Source: an uncultured Clostridia bacterium (lineage in GTDB: Bacteria > Bacillota > Clostridia > TANB77 > CAG-508). From it: a stretch of 64,000 nucleotides of DNA. The position numbers and the translations under genes were made by a program. Below are positions 23,085 through 32,795 of the stretch, piece after piece. The notes below the pieces were generated by a model. That model was given only the letters and a program-made list of their open reading frames with translations, did no database searches and was not told where the DNA came from. Numbering within the stretch: the first letter of the stretch is position 1; every line of letters begins with the position of its first letter. Location of the stretch: contig CANQGP010000001.1 of NCBI GenBank assembly GCA_947623285.1, positions 99,384 through 163,383 on the forward strand, in the 5' to 3' direction.

Positions 23085-24071
23085 TTATTTTTTTCTGAAT
23101 AATTTTAATATTCCATGTCTTATTTTAAATAATCCTCTACCTATAAAAGGCATATTCATTATTATGAAGTTTTCTATATAATACATAAATGTTTCATTTT
23201 TATACAGTTCATGAAAAACTCCCCAGTTTTTAAAATTAAAATTCTTCTTTCCTTCTAACATTTTAAAATAGTTATAGGCTTTTGTGTTTAATTCTTGTAT
23301 CTTCTCAGGAAATCTATCATTATTTTCTACATATGTTCCAAAAACTCCCAATTTTACTTCCAAAAATAATTTTCTTACCTGGCTTAACTTAGTAAATTTA
23401 TGTGAAATCTTATCTGTTCCGATTTGATTGTTTCCATGTTGTCTATACTTAATATACTTTTCTGGTATGTATGCCATTTTTCCATATAATGAAACTATCA
23501 AGCCCATCCAATGATCATGTGCTACATATTTTGATTTATATGGAACTGGCAATATTTTTTCTATAAATTTCTTTTTTGATAATACTGTACAGCCTGTTAC
23601 ACAATTATATAAATAATTTAGTTCATAACTATCTATTTTATTTTTTATTTTTCTGTTTAGCAACATAAAATCTCCAAAAGACGGATATATAGTTTTTAAA
23701 TTTTTATCTACTATTTCTAAATCTCCAAATACCATATCCGCATTTTTTGATTTTAATACTTCTAAAGATTTTTCTACTTTTTCTTCTAACCATACATCAT
23801 CTTGGTCTGATAACATATATAATTCGTTTTTTACTTGCTTTAATAAAAATTCAAAATTACGTATATATCCTAAATTTTCTTTTTGTAAATGAATTTCTAC
23901 ACGTTTATCATTTTCATATTTTTTTAGAATGTCTCTAGTTTTATCAGTAGAGCAATCATCAGATATTATTAAATGTATATTTTTATATGTTTGATTTAAA
24001 ATACTTTCTATTTGTTCAGCTACATATTTTTCACCATTGTATGTTGCTAACAATATATCTATTGTTTCCAT
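23085..24071 (-). CDS. Glycosyltransferase family 2
   Basis: 328 aa with IDILLATYNGEKYVAEQIESILNQTY...IISDDCSTD...SDQDDVW motifs. Confidence 0.8.
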   Translation of the reverse strand: METIDILLATYNGEKYVAEQIESILNQTYKNIHLIISDDCSTDKTRDILKKYENDKRVEIHLQKENLGYIRNFEFLLKQVKNELYMLSDQDDVWLEEKVEKSLEVLKSKNADMVFGDLEIVDKNLKTIYPSFGDFMLLNRKIKNKIDSYELNYLYNCVTGCTVLSKKKFIEKILPVPYKSKYVAHDHWMGLIVSLYGKMAYIPEKYIKYRQHGNNQIGTDKISHKFTKLSQVRKLFLEVKLGVFGTYVENNDRFPEKIQELNTKAYNYFKMLEGKKNFNFKNWGVFHELYKNETFMYYIENFIIMNMPFIGRGLFKIRHGILKLFRKK

Positions 24072-24136
24072 ATAATATTTCCCTCATATAATAAGTTTAA
24101 TTTCAAATATATTTTTCTATTTAATTGTGTACACTT

Positions 24137-25123
24137 TCAATTCATACGAAATCGTATATATCCTATAATTGGAAAATGAAAAATAACGATTTCTTTTATT
24201 TCCTTTTTTAATAAATTTTTACCAGAAAGAAAATAATAATATTTTGCTAAATGAAAATTTATAATTTTGCTTTTCTTTAAGTTTTTATAATAATCAATTA
24301 ATTTTGATAAATATTTTTTATTTTCTTCTGTTCTGGCATATTGTAAGCACATTTCTGCACCATCTAAATATGCTCTATCTATAACTTTTTCATTTCTATA
24401 CTTTTGATAACTTTTTAATGTATTTCCGTTTTCTTTTTTCCATTTATCAAGATTTTGTGATAAACTTCTTCCTCCAAAAATATTAGTGTTGTGAAGTCTA
24501 TATCCAAATAGTGGCTCTTGGATATAATCTATTCCTTTGCCTTCATTAGCTATAAATGCTGCTAACCAATCATGCGCCATAACTTTATCAGTAAAAGGAA
24601 TCATTTGTTTTTTTACATCTCTTGTTATAATTTGTGAACAAGCAATTCCTATACATCTTGATATTGCTAAACAATTATGACTTCCCTTTAATAATGGCAC
24701 ATTTTTATATTTGAAATAATTTTCTTTTATTATTTCTCCTTTTTCGTCTATTTGGTTTGCATTACAATAAACCATATCAACATTTTCTTTTTTTATTTTT
24801 TCAACACTTTTTTCTACCTTGTTTTCATACCATATATCATCATGATCACTAAACATTATGAATGGCGCTCTTGATTTCCTCAACAAAAATTCATAGTTTT
24901 TAATATATCCAAGATTTTTTTCTTGCAAATATATTTTTACTCTATTATCTTTTTCTTTATACTCTTGCAATGTTTTTATAACTTCTTTTTTTGTTGAAGC
25001 ATCATCGCTTATTAATAAATTTATTTCTTTATATGTTTGATTCAATATACTTTCAATTTGTTCTTTTAAATATGGTATATGTGTGTTATATGTGGTTAAT
25101 AGAATATCTACTTTTTCTTTCAT
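24137..25123 (-). CDS. Glycosyltransferase family 2 (paralogue of 23085..24071)
   Basis: 328 aa with VDILLTTYNTHIPYLKEQIESILNQTY...LISDDAST...SDHDDIW. Same length and motif order as its neighbour. Confidence 0.8.
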   Translation of the reverse strand: MKEKVDILLTTYNTHIPYLKEQIESILNQTYKEINLLISDDASTKKEVIKTLQEYKEKDNRVKIYLQEKNLGYIKNYEFLLRKSRAPFIMFSDHDDIWYENKVEKSVEKIKKENVDMVYCNANQIDEKGEIIKENYFKYKNVPLLKGSHNCLAISRCIGIACSQIITRDVKKQMIPFTDKVMAHDWLAAFIANEGKGIDYIQEPLFGYRLHNTNIFGGRSLSQNLDKWKKENGNTLKSYQKYRNEKVIDRAYLDGAEMCLQYARTEENKKYLSKLIDYYKNLKKSKIINFHLAKYYYFLSGKNLLKKEIKEIVIFHFPIIGYIRFRMN

Positions 25124-26304
25124 TATTCCTTCTTTCTTCCTATTTGAGTTATTTTTCTAAGTGGTTCTGTTATTTTCCATGATTTTGAATTAGCCATAGC
25201 ATTTAATTCTTCTTTTAGTTTTTGATTTTCTTCTATTAGTTTTTTTTCTATTTCTGTTTGTTGTGATTTACCTTGTTTTTGTATTTCTTTTATTTTGAAA
25301 TGTTTATTATAAAACTCTTGTGATACTTCATCTATTCGTATTAAATTTTGATTTTCCAAATCTACTTTAGTTGTAATTTCTTTTTTGGAAGCTTCTATAA
25401 AAAATGAATTCGCAAAAAAATCAAATTTATCATTTTTTATAACTTCTTCATAGACCTTTTTTTCGTCAAATTCAACTTCCATACTTTCTTCTGCTACATA
25501 TGGACTATAAGACTTTAATTTATTTTTATCTGGTTTATATTCATCTGAGAATATTATATTAGGTAATTTATAATCTGGTAAAGGATAATAAAATTTAGTA
25601 TATTTAAAATCCGCTTCTTGTAAAATTTCTTTCAATTGTTCTTTTCCAAAAGTTCTAACTGTTTCTTTATTTTCGTACCCCATAATACCATCATAAATTT
25701 TTCCTGTATGGTCTTCCAATGCTCCACTAAAATATTTCATACCAAATTGATTTTCTATTGCAATTAATAATTTTCCATCTTCTTTAAGTAATGATTTTAT
25801 TTGTACTAAAAAATCATGGAATGGATTTTTTGTATTAGTATATAGTGGTGCATATTCCAGAACTCCTATTAAAGTAATATAATCGAATTTTTTATTTAGT
25901 TTTATATCATTAAAATTACCTACTACTACTTCCAAATTTTCCCTGTTTTTGCATCTAATCTCAATAGCACTTGCACGTTGCTTCGATAATTCAATAGCTG
26001 TAACATTTTTTGCCTTATCGCAAAGAATTCCTGTTGTTGCTCCCATTCCAGCACCTATTTCCAGTACTTCAGCATCTTGTTTAAAAGGATACCAATTTAA
26101 TATATTTTTTCTAATTGGAGTAATATGATAAAAAATTGGCCATCTAACATCTTTTTTAAATATCTCTTTGTAATTTTCTTCTCCGTATTCTGTCAAATAT
26201 TTTATTATATCTTTTTCGATATCCCCATCACTGTATTCGTCTGTCCCTTTGTAAAAATCATAATTAACTTTCATATTTTTTAGCTTATATTGGCTCTTTA
26301 CCAA
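25123..26304 (-). CDS. Class I SAM-dependent methyltransferase with C-terminal coiled coil (candidate glycan chain-terminating enzyme)
   Basis: 393 aa with VLEIGAGMGATTG (motif I), acidic motif II and a coiled-coil tail (KKLIEENQKLKEELN). It lies directly upstream of GT genes and downstream of wzt/wzm. Confidence 0.7.
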   Translation of the reverse strand: MVKSQYKLKNMKVNYDFYKGTDEYSDGDIEKDIIKYLTEYGEENYKEIFKKDVRWPIFYHITPIRKNILNWYPFKQDAEVLEIGAGMGATTGILCDKAKNVTAIELSKQRASAIEIRCKNRENLEVVVGNFNDIKLNKKFDYITLIGVLEYAPLYTNTKNPFHDFLVQIKSLLKEDGKLLIAIENQFGMKYFSGALEDHTGKIYDGIMGYENKETVRTFGKEQLKEILQEADFKYTKFYYPLPDYKLPNIIFSDEYKPDKNKLKSYSPYVAEESMEVEFDEKKVYEEVIKNDKFDFFANSFFIEASKKEITTKVDLENQNLIRIDEVSQEFYNKHFKIKEIQKQGKSQQTEIEKKLIEENQKLKEELNAMANSKSWKITEPLRKITQIGRKKE

Positions 26305-26343
26305 TTTCTCCTTTCTGGTTTATTATAGATAATATTTCTTACT

Positions 26344-27651
26344 TTACTCATTTTTTTCAATATTAATTTTTGTCTTTAAATCTATAACTCCTAAGCAATC
26401 TCTATATGACATTATTTCTAAAAAAAGTGCATCATATTTTCTATCATATACTTCTAATTCACCATTTGGTTTAAAATGTGTACATCCAAATGAAATTGTA
26501 TATTTTTCTGGTGCTAATGGGAATGTTTGTCTGTACTCTACTGTTACTACATCTCCCTTTTTAAAAGTTCCTGTAATAGTTTTGTATGCCTTTGTATTTA
26601 CTCCTGCTAGTTCTAATCCTTTTATATCTTTTATTGAAAATGCAAATATTGGTTCATCTATCATTTTGTTAAATTTTATTTTTGCCTTAATTATATACTC
26701 TTCCTCATTATTTATTGTAGATTGAAAATCTCCATTCAAATCAAATATTCCATAATCTATAATTTCTGCGTCTCCATTTCCATATGTTAACATTTCTGAA
26801 TTTTGTATGAAATGCTCTTTCCATTTTTTATTATCATTTTTATGAATGTCCACTTTTTGAGTATCTGTTAATTCTTCTTGTTCTTTTGAATTTTCTGTTT
26901 CTTCATCATCTTCGATTCCTACTATCATTTTTTTGTATTTATCAACACCTGTTTTTACATCTCCGTCAAATACTTTATTTCCTTCTGCAATAATTATTGC
27001 TCTATTACAATTTCTAATAACATCTGCAACATTATGTGTTACAAAAAGAATTGTTTTTCCTTCTTTTTTAAATTCTTCAAACTTTTTAAAACATTTTAAT
27101 TGAAATGCAATATCTCCAACTGATAAAACTTCATCTACAATCAAAATATCTGGATTTACATTAATAGCACATGCAAATGCTAAACGTGCAAACATACCTG
27201 AAGAATATGTTTTTATTGGTTGACTTAAATGTTCACCTATATCAGCAAACTCTATTATTTCAGGTTTTTTCTTTTCAATCTCTTCTTTGGTCAATCCCAT
27301 GACTTGTCCATGTTGATATATATTTTCTTCTCCTGTTAATTCCATATTAAAAGCTGTTCCAAGCTCTAACAAGGAACTAATCTTTCCATTCACTTCAATA
27401 TTACCAGAAGAAGGGGTTACTACTCCTGTTACCATTTTCAATAAAGTAGATTTACCAGCACCATTTTTACCTAGTATACCCAGAACTTCTCCTTTTTTTA
27501 TTTCTATATTCAAATCTCTTATTGCACTAAATTCTCCATGTTTTTGATACATAGGAAATATGCTTTCAAATAGTCTATCTTTTTTTCTGGCAAACATTTT
27601 ATAATTTTTGTAAAGATGTTCTATTTTAATTGCTACATCATTATTCTCCAT
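26344..27651 (-). CDS. ABC transporter ATP-binding protein, Wzt/TagH type, with C-terminal glycan-binding-like beta domain
   Basis: 435 aa with Walker A GKNGAGKST, signature YSSGM and Walker B ILIVDE. A ~170-aa extra C-terminal domain is arranged like Wzt_C. Confidence 0.8.
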   Translation of the reverse strand: MENNDVAIKIEHLYKNYKMFARKKDRLFESIFPMYQKHGEFSAIRDLNIEIKKGEVLGILGKNGAGKSTLLKMVTGVVTPSSGNIEVNGKISSLLELGTAFNMELTGEENIYQHGQVMGLTKEEIEKKKPEIIEFADIGEHLSQPIKTYSSGMFARLAFACAINVNPDILIVDEVLSVGDIAFQLKCFKKFEEFKKEGKTILFVTHNVADVIRNCNRAIIIAEGNKVFDGDVKTGVDKYKKMIVGIEDDEETENSKEQEELTDTQKVDIHKNDNKKWKEHFIQNSEMLTYGNGDAEIIDYGIFDLNGDFQSTINNEEEYIIKAKIKFNKMIDEPIFAFSIKDIKGLELAGVNTKAYKTITGTFKKGDVVTVEYRQTFPLAPEKYTISFGCTHFKPNGELEVYDRKYDALFLEIMSYRDCLGVIDLKTKINIEKNE

Positions 27652-27748
27652 TATGTATTTCCTCCTCTATATTTAAGCATTTTGTAGTTTTATTTTTAGC
27701 GACATACTTTCACCATCTAAAAGCTGGACAGTTTTCTTTCTAAATAGA

Positions 27749-28540
27749 TTAAAGCACATCTGCAAAATCTTTCTTATTTCTATTAAATATTGCATTTCCC
27801 CATAAGAAAATTAAAAATGTTACTATCCAGAAAGCTATTGTATACAGAAAATTATCTTGTGTTACAATATTTCCTCCAACAAAAACATCTCTTATTCCTG
27901 TTACTATATAAGTAAATGGTGTACATTCTACTATTTTTAGTATTACTGGATGGTTTGAAAGCATAGTTAAATTCCATATTATTGGTGTGAACCAGAAAAA
28001 TAATTGCATTAATATAGCAAGTAAATTTGAAAAATCTGGTACTAATGTTGTAACTGCTGATGTAAATCTTGTAAATGCTATTAAGAAACAGCATGCTGCA
28101 AATATCATATAAATTAACATCAAAATATTAGGTAGAAATCCATATATAGCACATACTGCAACTGCTATTATTATTAAAAATATTGATACAAAGCTACATG
28201 ATATTATTGAAATTATTGGAATTGTATCAATAGGGAATACTACCTTTTTTACCAAGTAACTATAGTTCCTTATTGAATTACTAGCATTCATAATGCTATC
28301 ATTTAAAGCTAACCATATACATATTCCTGGTATAAACCATACTGCATATGGGTAATCTCCTGGTGCTGGTGTTTTCAAAATAAATTGAAATACAATTACA
28401 TAAGTTATGATAAATACAAATGGTTGTAAAAATCCCCATATACTACCAAGACTTGTACTAGCAAATTTATTCTTAAAATCACTTTTCCCAAGTCCCCATA
28501 TAATTTTTCTGTTTTTCCAGATTGTTTTTATAAATTCCAT
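27749..28540 (-). CDS. ABC-2 type polysaccharide/teichoic-acid export permease (Wzm/TagG type)
   Basis: 263 aa with six TM helices. It pairs with the downstream ATPase. Confidence 0.8.
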   Translation of the reverse strand: MEFIKTIWKNRKIIWGLGKSDFKNKFASTSLGSIWGFLQPFVFIITYVIVFQFILKTPAPGDYPYAVWFIPGICIWLALNDSIMNASNSIRNYSYLVKKVVFPIDTIPIISIISCSFVSIFLIIIAVAVCAIYGFLPNILMLIYMIFAACCFLIAFTRFTSAVTTLVPDFSNLLAILMQLFFWFTPIIWNLTMLSNHPVILKIVECTPFTYIVTGIRDVFVGGNIVTQDNFLYTIAFWIVTFLIFLWGNAIFNRNKKDFADVL

Positions 28541-28652
28541 TATTTTCTCCTTGATTTTGTTAATATTTTTACCCTTTTATCATTATCTATTTTATTCCTA
28601 GTTACTATATCATGAAATCTTAAATTTATCAATAAAATTCTGCTTTATACGC

Positions 28653-28688
28653 AAAAAAAAGTGAAGTTTTTATCTCAAAATTTCACTT
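28653..28688 (-). terminator. Intrinsic terminator after rpmA
   Basis: The minus strand reads AGTGAA...TTCACT stem followed by T8. Confidence 0.6.
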
Positions 28689-28718
28689 TTTCTTTTTGCA
28701 TTCTATTTTATATTATTT

Positions 28719-28982
28719 TTAGGCCTCTGTTTTAGGATATACACTAACTTGTTTTTTATCTCTACCTTTTCTTTCAAATTTAACTGTTCCATCTATTAAG
28801 GCATATAGTGTATCATCGCTACCTTTACCAACATTGTTACCTGGATGGATTTTTGTTCCTCTTTGTCTCATTAATATATTTCCTGCAAGTACAAATTGTC
28901 CATCAGCTCTTTTAACACCAAGACGTTTAGACTCACTGTCTCTACCGTTCTTAACATTACCTTGTCCTTTTTTATGTGCCAT
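28719..28982 (-). CDS. rpmA: 50S ribosomal protein L27
   Basis: [29 protein letters not shown]... is the canonical L27 sequence, beginning directly with MAHKKG. Confidence 0.95.
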   Translation of the reverse strand: MAHKKGQGNVKNGRDSESKRLGVKRADGQFVLAGNILMRQRGTKIHPGNNVGKGSDDTLYALIDGTVKFERKGRDKKQVSVYPKTEA

Positions 28983-29020
28983 GATTACTCACTTCCTTCT
29001 TCTTTATTTTATATACTTTA

Positions 29021-29575
29021 TTATTTTGTTTCTTTTTTAGTTGTTCCTGCTTTTGCAGTTGTCTTTTTAGTTGTTGTTGTCTTTTTTGCTTCAGTCTTTG
29101 TTGCTGTTGTTTTTTTGGCTGTAGTTTTTTTAGTTGTTGTAGTTTTAGTTTCTGTAGCTTTTTTTGTAGTTGTAGATTTTTTAGTTGCTGTTGCTTTTTT
29201 TGCTTCTTCAGCTTTAGTAGTTGCTTTTGCTGTTGAATCAGCTTTTGTTTTTGAACTATTTGCACCTGTAGATATAGCTGTTATTTCAACTTTAGTGTAT
29301 GGTTGTCTATGTCCTTGTTTTCTTCTATAATTCTTTTTAGGTTTCATTTTGAAAACAATTATTTTCTTTCCTTTACCATGTGCTACTACTTTACCTTCTA
29401 CTTTTACACCTTTTACATAAGGATTTCCTACTTGAATTTTTCCATTGTCAGATACTAAAACAACATTATCAAATGTTACCTTTTTACCTTCCTCTGCATT
29501 TAATTTTTCAAAAAATACTACTTCTCCTTTTTCTACTTTGTATTGTCTACCACAGCTTTCGATTATTGCGTACAT
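29021..29575 (-). CDS. rplU: 50S ribosomal protein L21 with ~80-aa K/T/A-rich C-terminal extension
   Basis: [20 protein letters not shown]...[18 protein letters not shown] is a canonical L21 core of ~103 aa, followed by a low-complexity TTKK/ATKK tail. Confidence 0.9.
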   Translation of the reverse strand: MYAIIESCGRQYKVEKGEVVFFEKLNAEEGKKVTFDNVVLVSDNGKIQVGNPYVKGVKVEGKVVAHGKGKKIIVFKMKPKKNYRRKQGHRQPYTKVEITAISTGANSSKTKADSTAKATTKAEEAKKATATKKSTTTKKATETKTTTTKKTTAKKTTATKTEAKKTTTTKKTTAKAGTTKKETK

Positions 29576-29708
29576 TTAAAATGCACCTCCCTTATTTGTA
29601 TACTCGCTAATCCTTTGATTCAGGTAATGAAATTTAATTCATCTTTTATTTAAACACTTATCTGATTCTCAGCTAGTGCCTAAAAAACCTTGACTAAGCG
29701 GATTACAG
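29576..29708 (-). promoter_or_regulatory. ~130-nt 5' leader of rplU-rpmA (possible L21-leader type autoregulatory RNA)
   Basis: Long untranslated region between the predicted TSS and the AGGGAGG RBS. Firmicutes are known to carry an L21 leader at this position. The structure was not verified here. Confidence 0.3.
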
Positions 29709-29714
29709 TTATCT

Positions 29715-29743
29715 ATTTTAGCATAATTTATGTTGGTTGTCAA
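29715..29743 (-). promoter_or_regulatory. SigA-type promoter of rplU operon
   Basis: The minus strand reads TTGACA (29738-29743), a 17-nt spacer, then TGC-TAAAAT (extended -10 with hexamer at 29715-29720; the TG dinucleotide lies at 29722-29723). Confidence 0.65.
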
Positions 29744-29838
29744 GAATTTTTCAACCTTTAATTTCCAGTCTTGTGACTAGTACGTGAAAATGTCCCAATT
29801 TTTAAGTTGATTTGTAAATGAAAATGTTCTAAAAAATG

Positions 29839-29867
29839 TTTACTTTTGTAGTATTTTGTTATATAAT
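29839..29867 (+). promoter_or_regulatory. Candidate promoter of Nudix gene
   Basis: TTTACT, a 17-nt spacer, then TATAAT. Confidence 0.45.
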
Positions 29868-29923
29868 TGTAGTTGCGTAATTTTATATTCGCAAAATTTA
29901 ATTGTAATTGGAGGTTTTTTTTT

Positions 29924-30346
29924 ATGGATAAGTTTAAAGAAATAAGACCAATAGTTTTAGGAGTTGCAATTAAGGATGGCAAAATACTTGTAAGTGAAGG
30001 ATATGACAGAATAAAAAAACAAACATTTTACAGATGCTTAGGTGGAGGAATTGAATTTAAAGAAAAAAGTGAAAATGCTTTAAAAAGAGAATTCAAAGAA
30101 GAAATTGATGCAGATGTAAAAGTAGGGAACTTCTTAGGTATTTCAGAAAATATATTTACATTTAATGGTAAAAAAGGACACGAACTAGTTTTATTCTACA
30201 ATGTAGAAATCAACAAAGACGATTACAAAAAAGAATATAAAATTCTTGATGAAGAATGTCATGCTCCAGTTAAATGGATTGACATAAATGAATTTAAAAA
30301 CAACGAAAAAATCATATATCCTGAAGAGGTAAAGCAATATATTTAA
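29924..30346 (+). CDS. Nudix hydrolase
   Basis: The ATG at 29924 follows GGAGG. Nudix box GGGIEFKEKSENALKREFKEEIDA. Confidence 0.8.
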   Translation: MDKFKEIRPIVLGVAIKDGKILVSEGYDRIKKQTFYRCLGGGIEFKEKSENALKREFKEEIDADVKVGNFLGISENIFTFNGKKGHELVLFYNVEINKDDYKKEYKILDEECHAPVKWIDINEFKNNEKIIYPEEVKQYI

Positions 30347-30437
30347 GAAAAATATCATTTAATTAATGAACATAACATAAACTTATATCTTTTTTATTCA
30401 TATACTATATTAGGTATGAATAAGGAGGTTCACTTGA

Positions 30438-30674
30438 ATGAAAAACAGTATTCCTCTAAGTGATTTAGAAATAAATAAGAAAGCGAAAGTAATAGATTTA
30501 CGTTGTAATGGAAATGAAAAAAGAAGATTTTTAGATTTAGGTATAGTTAAAGATACTGTTTTAACTCCTATTTTTAAAAGCCCTTTTGGAACACCTACAG
30601 CATATGAAATACGTAAGACTGTAATTGCTATTCGTGAAGAAAATGCTAAAAAAATTGAGGTAGTAGAAATTTAA
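30438..30674 (+). CDS. feoA: Ferrous iron transport protein A
   Basis: 78-aa SH3-like FeoA (LSDLEINKKAKVIDL...GIVKDTVL) upstream of feoB. Confidence 0.85.
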   Translation: MKNSIPLSDLEINKKAKVIDLRCNGNEKRRFLDLGIVKDTVLTPIFKSPFGTPTAYEIRKTVIAIREENAKKIEVVEI

Positions 30675-30690
30675 TTCTACTACTTTTTTT
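30660..30690 (+). terminator. Intrinsic terminator/attenuator overlapping the feoA stop codon
   Basis: GTAGTAGAA (30660-30668) pairs with TTCTACTAC (30675-30683), followed by T7. The feoA TAA lies in the loop. Confidence 0.6.
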
Positions 30691-30703
30691 ATTGAAATAA
30701 CAA

Positions 30704-30770
30704 GGCTAAGTTTCATATATTCATGCGGTTGCGGAGCAACCTGTACATGTGGTGAAGTCACTTTTTTTAA
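30704..30770 (+). repeat. ~65-nt structured intergenic element, copy 1
   Basis: AAGTTTCATATATTCATGCGGTTGCGGAGCAACCTGTACATGTGGTGAAGTCAC-T7. It is near-identical to the reverse complement of 48130..48194. Confidence 0.6.
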
Positions 30771-30837
30771 TGCACAATTTTCTTATGTATAGAATAGGAT
30801 ACTAATAATTATATAAAGTATAAGGAGGAATTACATA

Positions 30838-32781
30838 ATGGGACTAACGGCAAAATCTACAGGAAGTAATTTAATAGATGAAAACGATTTACTTAATTCT
30901 ATTAACTGCGATTTTACTATTGGTTTAGCTGGCAATCCAAATGTCGGTAAATCTACAGTTTTCAACGGCCTCACAGGAATGCATCAACACACTGGGAATT
31001 GGCCCGGGAAAACTGTTGGAAATGCAGTTGGTGAATACAAATGTCATGATAAAACCTTTCTTTTAGTTGACATCCCTGGTACATATTCTTTAATGTCAAA
31101 TTCTGAAGAAGAAGAAATTGCAAGAGATTATATTTGCTCTGGAAATAGTGATGTTACAGTAGTTGTACTTGATGCAACATCACTTGAAAGAAATTTAAAT
31201 TTAGCAATACAAATTATGAATATAACAGACAATGTTATCATTTGTGTTAATTTATTAGACCAAGCCAAGAAAAAAGGAATTCACATAGACTTTGATTTAT
31301 TTTCAAAATTGTTAGGAGTTCCTGTAGTTGGAATAACAGCTAGAAAACCAAAAACACTTAAACATTTAACTAATACTATTTATGATGTATGTACTGGAAA
31401 GGTTTCTCCTTGTCCTAAAACTTTTAAATTTAATTGTAAAACTGATAGTGATTTTAATAATGACAATAACAGCGAAATTGTTAGCAAAATATTAAAGGAA
31501 GCCGAGGAAATTTGTAGTAAAGTTTGCACATATGATAAACAAGACTACAATGAAAGAGATAGGAAAATTGATAAAATTTTAACTTCTAAAATTTTTGGAA
31601 TCCCTATCATGTTACTTTTTCTTGGTATAATTTTTTGGCTTACGATAGAAGGTGCAAATTATCCCTCTCAATTATTATCAAAATTATTTGCCGCTATTCA
31701 AGGTCAATTATATAAATTTTTCGAGTGGATTCATGCACCTAGTTTTGTTACAGGACTATTAGTTGATGGAATGTATCAAACTTTAGCTTGGGTTGTTAGT
31801 GTTATGCTCCCACCAATGGCTATATTTTTTCCATTATTCACTTTCTTAGAAGATTTAGGTTATTTGCCTCGAATTGCTTTTAACCTAGATAATTGTTTTA
31901 AAAAATGTTGTGCCTCTGGTAAGCAAGCATTAACTATGTGTATGGGGTTCGGGTGTAATGCAGCAGGAGTTGTAGGATGCAGAATAATAAATTCTACTAG
32001 AGAAAAATTAATTGCAATATTAACGAATGCATTTGTCCCATGTAATGGAAGATTTCCCTTGTTAATTACGATTGCCACAATATTTATAGGTGGATTGGGT
32101 ATTGGCTTTGGAGCATCTATTTTATCTACACTAACTGTTTTATTAGTTATTCTACTTGGTATTTTTATGACTTTCATCATTTCAAAAATACTTTCTAAAA
32201 CAGTTTTGAAAGGTATGCCATCTAGCTTCACTCTTGAATTGCCACCATATAGGAAACCTCAAATAGGTAAAATTATAATCCGCTCCATTTTCGACAGAGC
32301 CCTATTTGTACTGGGTAGAGCTATTTCTGTTGCAGCTCCAACCGGCTTAGTTATCTGGCTATTTGCCAATATTGGTATTAATAACATTTCCTTATTAGAA
32401 TATATAGCTAACTTTTTCGAACCTTTTGCAAGACTTATGGGATTTGATGGCTACATATTAACCGCATTTATTTTGGGAATTCCAGCAAATGAAATTGTTT
32501 TGCCTATATTGCTTATGAGCTATTTAAAGACTAATGCTTTAGTAAGCTTGGAAGATACTATGCAGATTGGTACAATTCTTGTGCAAAATGGATGGACCAT
32601 TTTAACTGCGATTAACGTTATGATTTTTACTTTACTTCATTTTCCTTGTGCTACAACTTTACTTACAATAAAAAAGGAAACTGGTAGTAAAAAATGGACT
32701 TTGCTAGCATTTGCTCTTCCTACTGTTTGTGGTGTTGTACTTTGTATGTTTACAACTTTGATATATAATGTAATTTTTTAG
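30838..32781 (+). CDS. feoB: Ferrous iron transporter B
   Basis: 647 aa with an N-terminal G domain (GNPNVGKST, DIPG, NLLD) and a polytopic permease domain. Confidence 0.9.
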   Translation: MGLTAKSTGSNLIDENDLLNSINCDFTIGLAGNPNVGKSTVFNGLTGMHQHTGNWPGKTVGNAVGEYKCHDKTFLLVDIPGTYSLMSNSEEEEIARDYICSGNSDVTVVVLDATSLERNLNLAIQIMNITDNVIICVNLLDQAKKKGIHIDFDLFSKLLGVPVVGITARKPKTLKHLTNTIYDVCTGKVSPCPKTFKFNCKTDSDFNNDNNSEIVSKILKEAEEICSKVCTYDKQDYNERDRKIDKILTSKIFGIPIMLLFLGIIFWLTIEGANYPSQLLSKLFAAIQGQLYKFFEWIHAPSFVTGLLVDGMYQTLAWVVSVMLPPMAIFFPLFTFLEDLGYLPRIAFNLDNCFKKCCASGKQALTMCMGFGCNAAGVVGCRIINSTREKLIAILTNAFVPCNGRFPLLITIATIFIGGLGIGFGASILSTLTVLLVILLGIFMTFIISKILSKTVLKGMPSSFTLELPPYRKPQIGKIIIRSIFDRALFVLGRAISVAAPTGLVIWLFANIGINNISLLEYIANFFEPFARLMGFDGYILTAFILGIPANEIVLPILLMSYLKTNALVSLEDTMQIGTILVQNGWTILTAINVMIFTLLHFPCATTLLTIKKETGSKKWTLLAFALPTVCGVVLCMFTTLIYNVIF

Positions 32782-32795
32782 AGGCTACTGAAAAT

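Noticed and set aside
27852-28094. 80-aa ORF inside the ABC permease gene (same strand, other frame)
   Set aside because: It is nested within a well-supported CDS and is a frame artefact.
1-28540. Possibility that the glycopolymer locus is a capsule (Wzx/Wzy) locus or a mobile island
   Set aside because: No Wzx flippase, Wzy polymerase, tyrosine kinase, integrase or flanking repeats were seen. The Wzm/Wzt pair points to an ABC-dependent pathway on the chromosome.
28896-29330. ORFs 28896..29330 (+) and 28972..29265 (-) overlapping the rplU tail
   Set aside because: These are alternative-frame artefacts of the low-complexity K/T/A repeat. Their products are compositionally absurd (poly-V/F or poly-Q/K) and they lie inside a well-supported gene.
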